Assembly: GCA_037137755.1 (NCBI GenBank)
Contig: JBAXJR010000006.1
Span: 19,653 to 83,652, forward strand
Direction of reading: 5' to 3'
DNA length: 64,000 nt
Origin: Methanomicrobiales archaeon
GTDB lineage: Archaea > Halobacteriota > Methanomicrobia > Methanomicrobiales > Methanospirillaceae
Under the pieces are notes generated by a model that made no database searches, was not told where the DNA came from, and was given only the letters and a program-made list of their open reading frames with translations. A program made the translations under genes and the position numbers. This document shows positions 43,002-53,453 of the stretch, one piece after another. Every line of letters starts with the position of its first letter. Within the stretch, counting starts at the first letter, position 1.

Positions 43002-44120
43002 ATGATGAAAAAGATCATCATCTTCGCAATATTCTGCCTTCTCCTCACCGGGGTTGCATCCGCATATGAAATACGGATTGATGCACCCCAGTCCCTTAAA
43101 TTGGGTGAGACTATTGTGGTGAACGGGACCACGAGCCTTCCGGCCGGGATTTCATTTGATATCATGCTCACGCGCTCAGAATATACGAGCGAGGTGAAAG
43201 CAACTAAGCACGTAACGGTCCAGGGTGACAAGAATTTCACCGTGGAATTCCCCACCACCGGCTATACACGGGGCTTCTATAAAGTTGAGATACTGCCGAC
43301 CGGGGAGTTCCGGTACCTTGGAGATTCTATCACCATGAGGGTTGTGACCCTTGTAGACCGATCGGACGAGGTAAAAATCACCTCATTGCCAAGACAATAC
43401 TTAAACGGTGTGCTTCATGTGACCGGCTACGCAAATAATGTCAGGAATGATGCTGTTGAGGTTCAGGTCGATAATCCGGATGGGACTCGTCTCTTCGGCC
43501 CGTCATTTATCCCAACCAATCTTGATGGAATGTTCTCAAAAGATTTTGAAATAGAAAAAAACGGTGTTTACCAGGTCAAGCTCAGCGACCGGAAAGGTTT
43601 TATCGGGTCCTATAATATCAGTGTCCTTGATCAGGACGTCAGTGCCGTTCCGGTTGTAACTTCTCCACCTGCCAGCCAGACTCCTGATACAACGTCATCA
43701 ATCCAGTCAGCATCGATTTTTTCAACCCGCGATCAACCTGCTTATTTTTCTGTGGCGACCCGTGTAGGACCTGTAAGGGTATACACGTCTTCTGGTACTG
43801 ACTGGGTCATCGAGTACACTGACCCGTCGGGGCAGCGAGTGAAAACAAATACCAAGGGAGCAGGTTTCCCCGAGGAGCTTACTATCCAGGGTAACGGGGA
43901 GACACAATACTTCATGGTCTACCCGAATAAGTATTCAGATAAGGCAAACGTCACCTTTTTTGGAGAGAATACAAACAATATCGGTGCAAGCCTGATCCCA
44001 CCCACAGGTTTTGTCCCTTCTGCCACGGTTCCGCAGGTCCCCACAACAAAGGCAACGTTCCCTACCATAATCGTAATCATTTCCCTGGGCCTTTTCGCGC
44101 TCATCTGGCAGAGGAAATAA
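43002..44120 (+). CDS. Secreted/cell-surface protein with C-terminal membrane anchor
   Basis: Signal peptide, beta-rich domains, Thr/Pro linker, and C-terminal TM helix followed by RK. Confidence 0.8.
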   Translation: MMKKIIIFAIFCLLLTGVASAYEIRIDAPQSLKLGETIVVNGTTSLPAGISFDIMLTRSEYTSEVKATKHVTVQGDKNFTVEFPTTGYTRGFYKVEILPTGEFRYLGDSITMRVVTLVDRSDEVKITSLPRQYLNGVLHVTGYANNVRNDAVEVQVDNPDGTRLFGPSFIPTNLDGMFSKDFEIEKNGVYQVKLSDRKGFIGSYNISVLDQDVSAVPVVTSPPASQTPDTTSSIQSASIFSTRDQPAYFSVATRVGPVRVYTSSGTDWVIEYTDPSGQRVKTNTKGAGFPEELTIQGNGETQYFMVYPNKYSDKANVTFFGENTNNIGASLIPPTGFVPSATVPQVPTTKATFPTIIVIISLGLFALIWQRK

Positions 44121-44260
44121 TTTTTTTCTGACCGGAAGGATAAAAATTGATTTTTTTATAAGCTGGTCACGTTTAACAGTAACCGCAACTTTTCCCTATC
44201 AGTGTTAACCTGGTTATTTGGATACCTTTTTTACACCGAATCCCCAATAGTATTGAGCGG

Positions 44261-44345
44261 GCCGAGGTAGTCTAGTCCGGAAAGGCGGTGGCCTTGAAAG
44301 CCACTGGTGCCTGGCACCTCAAGAGTTCAAATCTCTTCCTCGGCG
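44261..44345 (+). tRNA. tRNA-Ser (anticodon UGA)
   Basis: Acceptor stem GCCGAGG/CCTCGGC + G73, anticodon arm GTGGC-CTTGAAA-GCCAC, long variable arm GGTGC-CTG-GCACC and T-arm AAGAG-TTCAAAT-CTCTT. CCA is not encoded. Confidence 0.95.
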
Positions 44346-44523
44346 CTATTGTTTTACATTAAGCCGATTCCTATACCGCATGGGTCGGCTATTTCTTTCC
44401 CACATCATTGGCGTTGAACGTTAAGGCCTGAATACCCTCCTCTGCGCTTAAATGTAAGATTGGAGTCATTATTACCTCCAGTTTATTATAGAAGTTCAAC
44501 ATTTGAACATTATTATTGTAAAA

Positions 44524-45444
44524 CTATTCAGTAACAGGTTTCCATTCTGACCCGTATTCCTTGGTAAGGACGACACGTGTGTAGTAGGGTGGATACTTAA
44601 TGATCCCTTCTACCCGGGCAGGGTCCTGGATAACAAGGTCCCCGTTATCATTGCGACTGACAATCGTGAAGAACGAGTTATACCGTACTCTCCTTACTGC
44701 CGGGATATCGGAAATCCGGTCAATATCCGCTTCTGGAACTCCCCTGGATGCAGGCCAGGTCCTGGTAACAGACTCTAATCCTGTAAGGAGGTTTACAAAT
44801 TTTAATGACCAGATATTCTGAGTTTTTTCAATTGCCAGCCAGCGGAGCGGATTGACTGTCGGGAGTGTTCTACCGGTTATTGTAATCGCAGCTGCTATCC
44901 GGATAGCAACACTGATGGCGAGATAGGCGAGGAAAAGAATTCCGTAGAATGCCAGTCCGGAAATTAGGACGATTCCTCCAACAAAAAGGATAATAAATGT
45001 CCAGCTGATGAAAATCATGACCGCACTTGGTCCTGCGAAGATACCAAACGTATATTTGGAGTCATTCCACGGCCAGAATAATGGGATGCCGGGACTGGCA
45101 AGAAAATCAAGTGCCACATGAAGTAAGGCTCCGGCAATTACCGCAGTAAGTGCGAAGGCATTCAACGGGAAAGGGGATGTAAAATGTAAAAATTGCTCTC
45201 CCGCCGGGACAAGGATGCATAGTACTCCAAAAGCCATTACTGCCACGCAAACAGCTCCAGCGATACTATGCGCCGCTCCGCCGTGTATTAATATGTATAA
45301 ACGCGGCCTTTTCGAAGAGACAAGATGAAACAGGAGATCCAGATCAAGTATAACTGCCCCCAGGATACCAAAAGGGATTAGTGCTGGCATCCCGATCGCC
45401 ATAAGCAAGCTGACGACCAGTAATGCATGGGTAATACTGTCCAC
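44524..45444 (-). CDS. Membrane-bound metal-dependent hydrolase (YdjM family)
   Basis: MDSITHAL, DLD, HGGAAHS, LHVALD and GIPLFWP motifs. Confidence 0.85.
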   Translation of the reverse strand: MDSITHALLVVSLLMAIGMPALIPFGILGAVILDLDLLFHLVSSKRPRLYILIHGGAAHSIAGAVCVAVMAFGVLCILVPAGEQFLHFTSPFPLNAFALTAVIAGALLHVALDFLASPGIPLFWPWNDSKYTFGIFAGPSAVMIFISWTFIILFVGGIVLISGLAFYGILFLAYLAISVAIRIAAAITITGRTLPTVNPLRWLAIEKTQNIWSLKFVNLLTGLESVTRTWPASRGVPEADIDRISDIPAVRRVRYNSFFTIVSRNDNGDLVIQDPARVEGIIKYPPYYTRVVLTKEYGSEWKPVTE

Positions 45445-45741
45445 GGGTATAGGTTATACCCCGGCATATTAATCATGACCTCGTGAGCCATGTTACCCTT
45501 AGAAAATATATCCATTTATCGGTGAAGGGAATCCCCGCAAAACCTGGCTTACCAGTTCATTCCGAATACACCCCTGGTCAGATCAATCATACCCTCGCAC
45601 GAATCATGTTTGAGCAGATCAAGTGGTAGTATTGCCTGATTATCTTAAAAACAAAATAATATCCTGCTGTTCCTTCTTCATACCCGATCCCAATTTTTTT
45701 ATTCCCCTATGCAGATAGTACGTAAGATACGGAGTCCTATC

Positions 45742-45984
45742 GTGTGCATTGCAATTCCCGCTGAAGTTATTGAAATTAAGGAAGGAAACATCGGTGTAGT
45801 TGATTATGGTGACCTGCAACAGGAGATACGCCTTGACCTGGTCGATGTTGAGGTTGGGGAATTTGTACTGATTCATGTGGGCTTTGCCATACAAAAAATG
45901 TCAAGGGAAGAAGGGCTCGAGACACGCAACCTGTTCCGTGAAGTATATTCAGCCATGGAGCAGAAACCCCCCGTCACGCTGTAG
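45742..45984 (+). CDS. hypC: Hydrogenase maturation chaperone HypC
   Basis: (M)CIAIPAEV N-terminus (GTG start) and VLIHVGFAI. Confidence 0.93.
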   Translation: MCIAIPAEVIEIKEGNIGVVDYGDLQQEIRLDLVDVEVGEFVLIHVGFAIQKMSREEGLETRNLFREVYSAMEQKPPVTL

Positions 45985-46225
45985 TTACCCGTTATTTTCT
46001 TTTTTTGTAATGTTCCTTTTCCTATGTATTCTATGCCTTAGTATCCAATTGCACGTGATGAATAACAGATAAGGCAGATTTTCAATTCAGATGAATCAGG
46101 TAGCCATACGAGGAATAACTACCAATACCTGCTGAACGTTAGAATAATATAGAGACGCGAATAATAAAAAGCGAATATAGGTTCTGTAATCAGCATATTC
46201 CCCGGGATCGGCCCAGGTGTAGAAA

Positions 46226-48169
46226 ATGGCTGGAAAATCCGGTATCATCCGTGAACTAGGCGAGAGTGGGCTTCTCCTACCTGAAATGGTGAATGACGGG
46301 CTCACCGCAAATGACCAGGTAAAATATTTTTTCACCCTTCTCCAGACCGCACAGTCACATTCCGATCACCCGGACCTTGAATGTACAAACCTTTCGCGGG
46401 AGCGTGAGGCTGCCGGGATCGAGTCTGATATTTTCGATCGGGTTGTGCCCGGAGCAAAAAAGACCGGGCCTGGAATGTACCAGGTACCGGAGCTTATTAC
46501 GGTTCTTGGGTCGGTCAAACGTTGCTTCCTTGCAATGAATCTCCCTATTGCCAGACACGGCCTCCCTGAAGCGGAGGGCTATGATATGCGGATGAAAATA
46601 CTCCTGGATGAATTGCCTGGCACCCAGGAAGATGCGATCAGTGGCCGGGCTATTGCGGATATTACCCTCGGAGACTCAGATGGGCCGGACAGCCTGCATC
46701 TCCTGTTGATGGACATGCATAAATCGTTAAACAATCTTCAAAAAATGCTATCAACTGAAAATATAGCCGGTGCGATGACCTATAACCTCCAGGAGCAGGA
46801 TAAATGCCTTGTCCAGGCATTCATGTCGGGTTTGAACAGGACTGCCCCCTTGAAATTCGATCACCCCGGTCTGGGTACAACCGCCACGAGGGCAAATGGC
46901 AGGCTTGTCCTCCAGAATGATATCGGGTTAACCGATGCGCATGTCCTTGTCATCCATGTTGAACCTACACAGATCAATATCACATATACTGATATCCATA
47001 TGCCCCGCCTGCAGTTTTTCCAGGGCCTTTTTGATTCCTGGAATATGACGTGGGAAGATACCCGTTCAAGAAAAGGTGATGAGGACTTCGAAAAGAAGCT
47101 CTACCACCTGTCTTTAGGAAGTTATCATGCGAAGGACGAGGAAGAACAGAGGAAATTCCTGGAATTTCTTGGGTCGAGGATAGTTTTTCTGATCGACTGG
47201 AACCGGGCGAGGAAACGGCTCCGGAGTTTCCTGCCGAATAAAGACTGTGTCACCGTGCTCCGGTGGGCTGCGGAGCATGAAGTCGGGCATGTCGGATTTC
47301 TCCAGCTAGGTGGTGAAAAGCTAATCTACGACGGGCTTGAAATGGCAGCCAGGATCCCGTTGCGATACGGTGAACCCCTGTACCAGATACTTGGGAGGGA
47401 GAAGACCCTTGAGTATTTCCAGTGGGTTTTTAACGCAGCGGCGAAAGGATTGCTTTCAAATCACTCCCGCTTACTTATCCAGGATGAAATTAAGGCTGAA
47501 TTACTCAGATATTTCCATTCTGCCCACGAAAATCTGATGGAGATCTGTGAACAACATGCAACCCTCACCGTTGAAGTTGCCATGTTTGTCAGGGACGCAC
47601 TCCTTCACATACAGAGGAAAGAAAACAGCCAGTTTACTGAGAGGACTGCAAGGAGGGCTAAAATCTGGGAGAGTGAGGCTGATAACCTTGTCTCAAAAGT
47701 ACGGTCGCTTTCAATTAGGTTCGAAGCTGCCCGGCACTACACTGACCTGATAAACGTGGCAGATGACGCACTCGATTTTCTTGAGGAGGCAAGTTTCTTC
47801 ACAACCCTGGTCCCGAGAAGCACCCATTCTGAAAAGATGTTAAAAGAACTCGTTATGTTGGGGGAGATCGCGGTAAAAGGGAGCCAGGAATACCTGAAAG
47901 CGGTTATGGCATCCCAGTACGTGCATAAGGGGTACAGCAGGGAGGAGATGCAGGACTTTATCCGGGCAATCGATGGGGTTATCAGCATGGAACGGGAAGC
48001 AGATGAAGCACTGAGAAATGCAGAGAAGGTGATCCTTGCAGAAACAACCGATTACAAGGAGCTACGGGTATTCTTCGAAATCGCACGTATTATTGAAGGT
48101 TCAACTAACTCCCTGATGAAAGCCGCATTCGTATTGAGGAACAATATCCTCGAGAGTTTGAACTGGTAA
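46226..48169 (+). CDS. Large protein with unknown N-terminal region and C-terminal DUF47/PhoU-like domain
   Basis: The C-terminal ~210 aa carry two helical repeats with ExxAD motifs (WESEAD, MEREAD) typical of DUF47. The N-terminal ~430 aa are unassigned (KFDHPGL, QNDIGLTDAHVLV, FLIDWNRARK). Confidence 0.75.
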   Translation: MAGKSGIIRELGESGLLLPEMVNDGLTANDQVKYFFTLLQTAQSHSDHPDLECTNLSREREAAGIESDIFDRVVPGAKKTGPGMYQVPELITVLGSVKRCFLAMNLPIARHGLPEAEGYDMRMKILLDELPGTQEDAISGRAIADITLGDSDGPDSLHLLLMDMHKSLNNLQKMLSTENIAGAMTYNLQEQDKCLVQAFMSGLNRTAPLKFDHPGLGTTATRANGRLVLQNDIGLTDAHVLVIHVEPTQINITYTDIHMPRLQFFQGLFDSWNMTWEDTRSRKGDEDFEKKLYHLSLGSYHAKDEEEQRKFLEFLGSRIVFLIDWNRARKRLRSFLPNKDCVTVLRWAAEHEVGHVGFLQLGGEKLIYDGLEMAARIPLRYGEPLYQILGREKTLEYFQWVFNAAAKGLLSNHSRLLIQDEIKAELLRYFHSAHENLMEICEQHATLTVEVAMFVRDALLHIQRKENSQFTERTARRAKIWESEADNLVSKVRSLSIRFEAARHYTDLINVADDALDFLEEASFFTTLVPRSTHSEKMLKELVMLGEIAVKGSQEYLKAVMASQYVHKGYSREEMQDFIRAIDGVISMEREADEALRNAEKVILAETTDYKELRVFFEIARIIEGSTNSLMKAAFVLRNNILESLNW

Positions 48170-48171
48170 CT

Positions 48172-49770
48172 ATGATGAATGATCTCTCGCCGAGCATCGT
48201 ATTTTTCGGGCCTGGAATGAGGGCCGATATACCTCCTGGAGATTTTGGGAATAAGGCCGCAGGCCTTGGGACTATGTCCTCGCTTGGAATACCCATACCC
48301 CCGGGGTTTGCATTAAGCGTGTCCATTTGTGAAGACTATTACAAAAACGGGATGAAGGCACCCTCCTTACTTCCGGAACTCCTTGTGGAAGGGATCTCTT
48401 ACCTTGAACATGCAACTGGTCTGCAGTATGGTAGTGAACGGAAACCTCTCCTTGTATCTGTCCGGTCGGGTGCCCCGGCATCAATGCCTGGTATTATGGA
48501 CACCATTCTTAACGTTGGGCTGAACCATGAAACGATACGGGGCCTGATTTTTTTTACCGGTAACCCGAGATTTGCCTGGGACTCCTACCGGCGCCTCTTT
48601 GAGAACATGGCTGAGATCGTTTTCCGCCAGAACCCGCACCCTTACAGGGCCCTCCTGTCAGAAATAATGGAGGAGGAGGGAATATCTGACGTGGCTGAAA
48701 TGGATTCGGCAAGCCTTAAGAAACTGGCCTTTCAATACCAGCGATTATTTTTTTCCACTGAGAACAAAGAATTTCCCGAGGATGTGAAAACACAGCTCCT
48801 GATCTCTTCAATCGCAGTGCTCCGGTCATGGACAAATCCAAGGGCCGATTCATTCCGACGGATGCACCCGGTAAAAAATCTGCGTGGAACTGCTATTACC
48901 ATACAGGCAATGGTATTTGGGAACATGGGGCTGAATTCAGGAGCCGGAGTGGCATTTACCCGCAACCCATGGAGCGGAGAGAATGAACCGGTAATTGATT
49001 TCAAGTTCGGTGCGCAGGGGGAGGATGTTGTATCAGGGAACCAGTCCGCCACGACACAAAGCGAGTTAAAGAAATCAATACCTGCCGTTTATGAAGACCT
49101 TAGGCAGATAGGGAGAATGGTCGAATCGCACTTTCAGGATATGCAGGATATGGAGTTTACGGTCCAGGAGGGAAAACTCTTCATCCTGCAAACCCGGAAC
49201 GGGAAACGCTCCCCCCTGTCTGCAATCAGGATCGCGGTTGATATGTGGCGGGAAGGAATAATTTCGCCAGAGGTTGCATTATCACAGATAGAAGGACTCG
49301 ATCTGGAATCGATCAAAGTACAGTGTATATCCACCATGGATTATCCGATTGCAACGGGAACGTCTGCATCCGGAGGCGTGGCGACAGGAAGCATGGTATT
49401 CACACCTGAACAGGCATTGCAAGAAGTTTCTTCAGGGCCTGTTATTCTTGTCAGGGAGACCGCATCACCCGAAGATATTGAAGGGATACGGGTCGCTTCT
49501 GGGTTGCTGACTGCGAAAGGAGCACGGACCTCGCATGCAGCAGTTATTGCACGCTACATGGGAAAGGTATGTGTGGTGAATTGTGCGGGCCTGGTAATTG
49601 ACCTGCCTCATAACAAATGTCACCTGGGAGGCCAGGTCCTCAGGGAAGGAGATACTATCTCACTCGATGGTAATTCCGGGTCCGTATATACCGGCGTCGT
49701 CGCTACCACTTACGAAAAGCCCGGGGAGTTGTTGGATATTGTTCGTTCCTGGAAAACAGCCCGCCTGTAA
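48172..49770 (+). CDS. Pyruvate phosphate dikinase-like protein lacking the C-terminal PEP/pyruvate domain
   Basis: PPDK ATP-grasp motifs (LLVSVRSGAPASMPGIMDTILN, QAMVFGN, AQGEDVVSG, DMEFTVQEGKLFILQTR) and swivel His domain (GARTSHAAV). The protein ends at 532 aa. Confidence 0.88.
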   Translation: MMNDLSPSIVFFGPGMRADIPPGDFGNKAAGLGTMSSLGIPIPPGFALSVSICEDYYKNGMKAPSLLPELLVEGISYLEHATGLQYGSERKPLLVSVRSGAPASMPGIMDTILNVGLNHETIRGLIFFTGNPRFAWDSYRRLFENMAEIVFRQNPHPYRALLSEIMEEEGISDVAEMDSASLKKLAFQYQRLFFSTENKEFPEDVKTQLLISSIAVLRSWTNPRADSFRRMHPVKNLRGTAITIQAMVFGNMGLNSGAGVAFTRNPWSGENEPVIDFKFGAQGEDVVSGNQSATTQSELKKSIPAVYEDLRQIGRMVESHFQDMQDMEFTVQEGKLFILQTRNGKRSPLSAIRIAVDMWREGIISPEVALSQIEGLDLESIKVQCISTMDYPIATGTSASGGVATGSMVFTPEQALQEVSSGPVILVRETASPEDIEGIRVASGLLTAKGARTSHAAVIARYMGKVCVVNCAGLVIDLPHNKCHLGGQVLREGDTISLDGNSGSVYTGVVATTYEKPGELLDIVRSWKTARL

Positions 49771-50042
49771 CAGAACACTGATGGGTATAGTTCTACCGAT
49801 AGAAATGGGGATGTTTCCAATCCCCTAAAACTACCTCCAGATTGAATGCTATCAGTTCACGAAACAATTGGGCCAGGGAAAATTATCCCGAAAATCTGGG
49901 TTACTTTTCAACAAAAACACGGAATGCTCCCTGAAAATGGTTCTCCCATACCTGAGAGTTGATTGGTTGACATTTATGAGATTCCGTTTCATAAACGACA
50001 ACAGTATAATATATACCTTACAACAAGAATGGGAGTCTACAG

Positions 50043-51911
50043 GTGATTATTACGAAAAAACCATATCTGTTAATTTTTACCCTTGTCATCGCGATGATAA
50101 CAATCGGTTTTGCATCTGCTGAAGACCTGCCAGTAGGAAATATTGGCGGCGGAGTAGGATATTATGACATTTCATCCAGCCCTTCAGATGCAACCGTAAT
50201 CTTTGATGGCATTAACAAGGGGACGACGCCCGTCGTCATCGAAGTGAGTACCTCTGGGACACCCGGTCATTCCCTTAGCATCTCCAAAGAAGGGTATCGG
50301 ACATATACCGATCATCTTACAGGAAACCCAGGCGAAGGGCAGACTGTTGATATTTATAGAGAACTTGTGTTTATACCCGTAACCGAACCCACTACGTTAC
50401 CCCCGACAACGATAATTGGCGGAGGAAAGGGGTATTATGATATTTCATCTAACCCTGAAGGTGGAACGGTTAATTTTGATGGTAGTTACAAGGGTGTTAC
50501 GCCTGTTACCGTTTCTGTTAGTACCTCCGGAACCCCTGGTCACACCATCAGCATTTCCAAAGCAGGGTACCAGACATGGACTTCGGAAGAACCCGGTAAC
50601 CCATTTGAGGGAGACACGGTTCATGTCAATGCAGATCTCGTATTTATACCCATAACGCTTCCGACTACACCAATCGGTGGCGAGAAGGGGTATTACTATG
50701 TTACGTCCAGCCCAAGCGGTGCAGATGTTACCCTTGACGGGTCGAACGAAGGATCGACCCCAACCACCCTGGAAGTTAGCGCTACCGGTACACCCGGGCA
50801 TACAATCGGAGTCTCGATGCCCGGGTACCAGTCATGGAGCCAGTATTTCGCTGGTAATCCTCCTGCAGGATCTACGGTAAATGTCAATGCCGTGTTATCA
50901 CCCATGTACCAGAACGGGAACATCCAGGTGATGTCTTCCCCGTCAGGTGCATATGCCGTCCTCGATAACGGTCAGAACTCGATGATAACTCCCGGGACAT
51001 TCTCTTCGGTTTCCGTCGGATGGCATAATGTCCGGGTCACTAAATCAGGGTACTACCCATTCGCAAAAGATGTCCAGGTAAATGCTGGAGGTACGAGCTC
51101 CGTGTCCGCTAGCCTTGTTCAAATTTCACAACAGGGGAGCATTTCGATCAGCTCAACCCCGAACGGTGCGGGTATCTATGTTGATACGCTTTACCAGGGA
51201 GAAACAAACCAGGTCGTCGGCAATCTTGCTTCAGGTTCCCATACGGTGACCCTTAAAAAAGCAGGGTACCAGACCTGGTCAACACAATATACCGTTTATT
51301 CCGGCCAGACAACCTATATAAACGCCCAACTTACCCCGGTCTCGAATCCATCCACTGGTGACCTCGAGGTTATTTCAGCCCCTTCAGGTGCCGCGGTTTA
51401 TGTCGATACTGACTACCAGGGCTCTACATCCCCGGGAAGCCCCCTCGATGTTCTTTCACTTTCACCCGGTACTCACACGGTTGTATTGAAAAAATCAGGG
51501 TACCAGGATTATACCACAACTGCGAATATCCGTGCGGGACAAACGACTCAGCTATCGGCAACACTTGCACCTTCGGGCCAACCTCCAACTACGGCAAGTA
51601 TCCAGATCTCGTCAGACCCAAGTGGAGCCGATGTCCTCATCAATAATGCCTACCTTGGCATTACGCCATTAACTGCCCAGAACGTGCAACCCGGGTCTTC
51701 GACTGTCACAATCTCGCTTGTGGGATACAATCCGTATTCAAGTACGCTGCAAATCGGTGCAGGCCAGGCACTCCAGATTAATGCCGCGCTCTCTCCGGTT
51801 GCAACACCAATGCCCACGACAAAAGCTCCGACTGGTCCTTTTGTGGCTATCCTGGCGGTGGCAATTATTGGTGTAATTGCACTAGTGGGTTTGCAGCGTA
51901 AAAACGATTAG
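50043..51911 (+). CDS. PEGA-domain repeat surface protein
   Basis: Signal peptide and about seven repeats of type S.P.GA.V..D..Y.G.TP...GxH.....K.GY; C-terminal TM anchor with basic tail. Confidence 0.9.
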   Translation: MIITKKPYLLIFTLVIAMITIGFASAEDLPVGNIGGGVGYYDISSSPSDATVIFDGINKGTTPVVIEVSTSGTPGHSLSISKEGYRTYTDHLTGNPGEGQTVDIYRELVFIPVTEPTTLPPTTIIGGGKGYYDISSNPEGGTVNFDGSYKGVTPVTVSVSTSGTPGHTISISKAGYQTWTSEEPGNPFEGDTVHVNADLVFIPITLPTTPIGGEKGYYYVTSSPSGADVTLDGSNEGSTPTTLEVSATGTPGHTIGVSMPGYQSWSQYFAGNPPAGSTVNVNAVLSPMYQNGNIQVMSSPSGAYAVLDNGQNSMITPGTFSSVSVGWHNVRVTKSGYYPFAKDVQVNAGGTSSVSASLVQISQQGSISISSTPNGAGIYVDTLYQGETNQVVGNLASGSHTVTLKKAGYQTWSTQYTVYSGQTTYINAQLTPVSNPSTGDLEVISAPSGAAVYVDTDYQGSTSPGSPLDVLSLSPGTHTVVLKKSGYQDYTTTANIRAGQTTQLSATLAPSGQPPTTASIQISSDPSGADVLINNAYLGITPLTAQNVQPGSSTVTISLVGYNPYSSTLQIGAGQALQINAALSPVATPMPTTKAPTGPFVAILAVAIIGVIALVGLQRKND

Positions 51912-52133
51912 AGAATCCAAAAATCGTACTTTTTTATCGGTATCTAAAAAAATTGGGATGTTTGTCATTACATCCCGAATCGTTCTTCAAATCCACCGGG
52001 AAGATACTGGTGACCCTGAAGGGATCCACGTCATCATATCTGGTACCAGGATGGCTATCATTCAGGAGTGATCCGGCAATAGAAAACTGGACCTTTCATT
52101 TCAAAAAAAGGGATGAGAACTGGCCTCTGCACT

Positions 52134-52979
52134 TTATGCGACCCTCGAGAGTGTACCCGTCTCAAGGTCGTAATAAAGGCCCTGGATGTGAACTCTGCCC
52201 TCATCCACCGCCGTTTTAACGGACGGGTATCTCTTGAGGTGTTCGATCTGAAGCCTGACATTTTCGAGTTCGATCTGATGAAATCGTTCATTTATTTCGT
52301 CAGGCGTTGACGGGACCGGAATACGGCTGTCTACCCGGGTTTTTGCCTCACGGGCATCATTGAGCCAGAGCGGGATATAGGGGTCGTTAAGATCCTTATC
52401 GAGTGACCTGATCGCACCACAGTCAGAATGCCCGCAGATAACGATCTCCTGCACATTCAGATAGTTAATTGAATATTCCACAACGGCAGCCAGGGACCAG
52501 TCATGATTTGGCACGATATTACCTACGTTCCGGGTAATAAACAGTTCTCCTGGTCCGGCGCTGGTAATCTTTTCAGGGTCTGATCGCGAGTCCGAACATC
52601 CGATCCAGAGTACTCCCGGGCTCTTGCCTGCTGCAAGTTCCTGGTTTCGCTCGATACTCGCATTATATACGTCGTCCCTGAATTTTTTGTTTCCCAGGAG
52701 GAGTTCGTCAACAAGGCTGCCATTCTGGACCTGTCCTGTGACATGATTGCCTCAGGGGTTATCAGGGATTCCCTCGACCAGACTAAATGGGATGACTACA
52801 CCTCGTCCGAACATAGAAATAGGGAGATTTATATCCCCATTTTCAGGAAGAGGGGTAACTGCTTTGGATCCCACAAAATCAATTGCACCCCTCGATGTAA
52901 ATACCGGGGTCGCCTGGACTGATAGTACAGCTATCATCAGGAGAAGTACAGTGACCAGGATGATATTTGGTATTCGCAT
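52134..52979 (-). pseudogene. Beta-class carbonic anhydrase, interrupted (in-frame TGA at 52752-52754, or a 1-nt frameshift near 52715)
   Basis: The frame of 52134-52514 stays open upstream through LVDELLLGNKKF...WIGCSDSR...RNVGNIV, with HSDC downstream, but has no start codon. It is in frame with the signal-peptide ORF 52752-52979. Confidence 0.75.
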
Positions 52980-53453
52980 ACGAAAATCTAACTCATCGGC
53001 CGACTTTATTAATATAACCCGTTTTTCCCGATTGTATTCAGGCTGGATTCCCAGGTTGGATTCACCGGGATAATATATCCTAAATACCGCTGTCTGGAAT
53101 TATGACAATAAACGGTTGGATGGGTATTTCGTTATGATATATTAGGAAAACATCAGGCGGGCAAAAACGAAGTGCTGCTATGGGGACTCCTGACAATTAT
53201 TTAGATTCCCCTGTAAAAAGTATCATTTTTGATGAGAAGGGCAAATATATTTTCTTTTCATTTTTTAAGATAGTGCGCTCTGCCGGTGGCGGACCTGCCG
53301 CCAACGCGGGGGTCCTGCCCCCACTCCGGAAAGTTCACACAAAAAATACAATGTCGTTCGCACCACTGCCGAGGTCTGTGGGCCTCGTCTCGGAGGCGCT
53401 CCCTGATTCTTCGGTTTATTAGAAGGAATGACGGGCAGCATGTTTGCCTCCTT

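Noticed and set aside
44261-44345. tRNA-Ser as the integration site for the downstream accessory region
   Set aside because: I found no duplicated tRNA 3' end (att) and no integrase in the window.
45742-45984. Orphan hypC as part of the DUF47/PPDK module
   Set aside because: hyp genes are commonly scattered in methanogens, and a T-rich terminator-like tract and a ~240-nt gap separate it from the module.
49771-50042. Possible frameshifted remainder of the PPDK C-terminal domain
   Set aside because: The gap is far too short for the ~340-aa barrel, and I saw no PEP-utiliser C-terminal motifs.
50150-51800. Internal nucleotide repeats in the PEGA gene
   Set aside because: They are explained by ordinary protein domain repeats.
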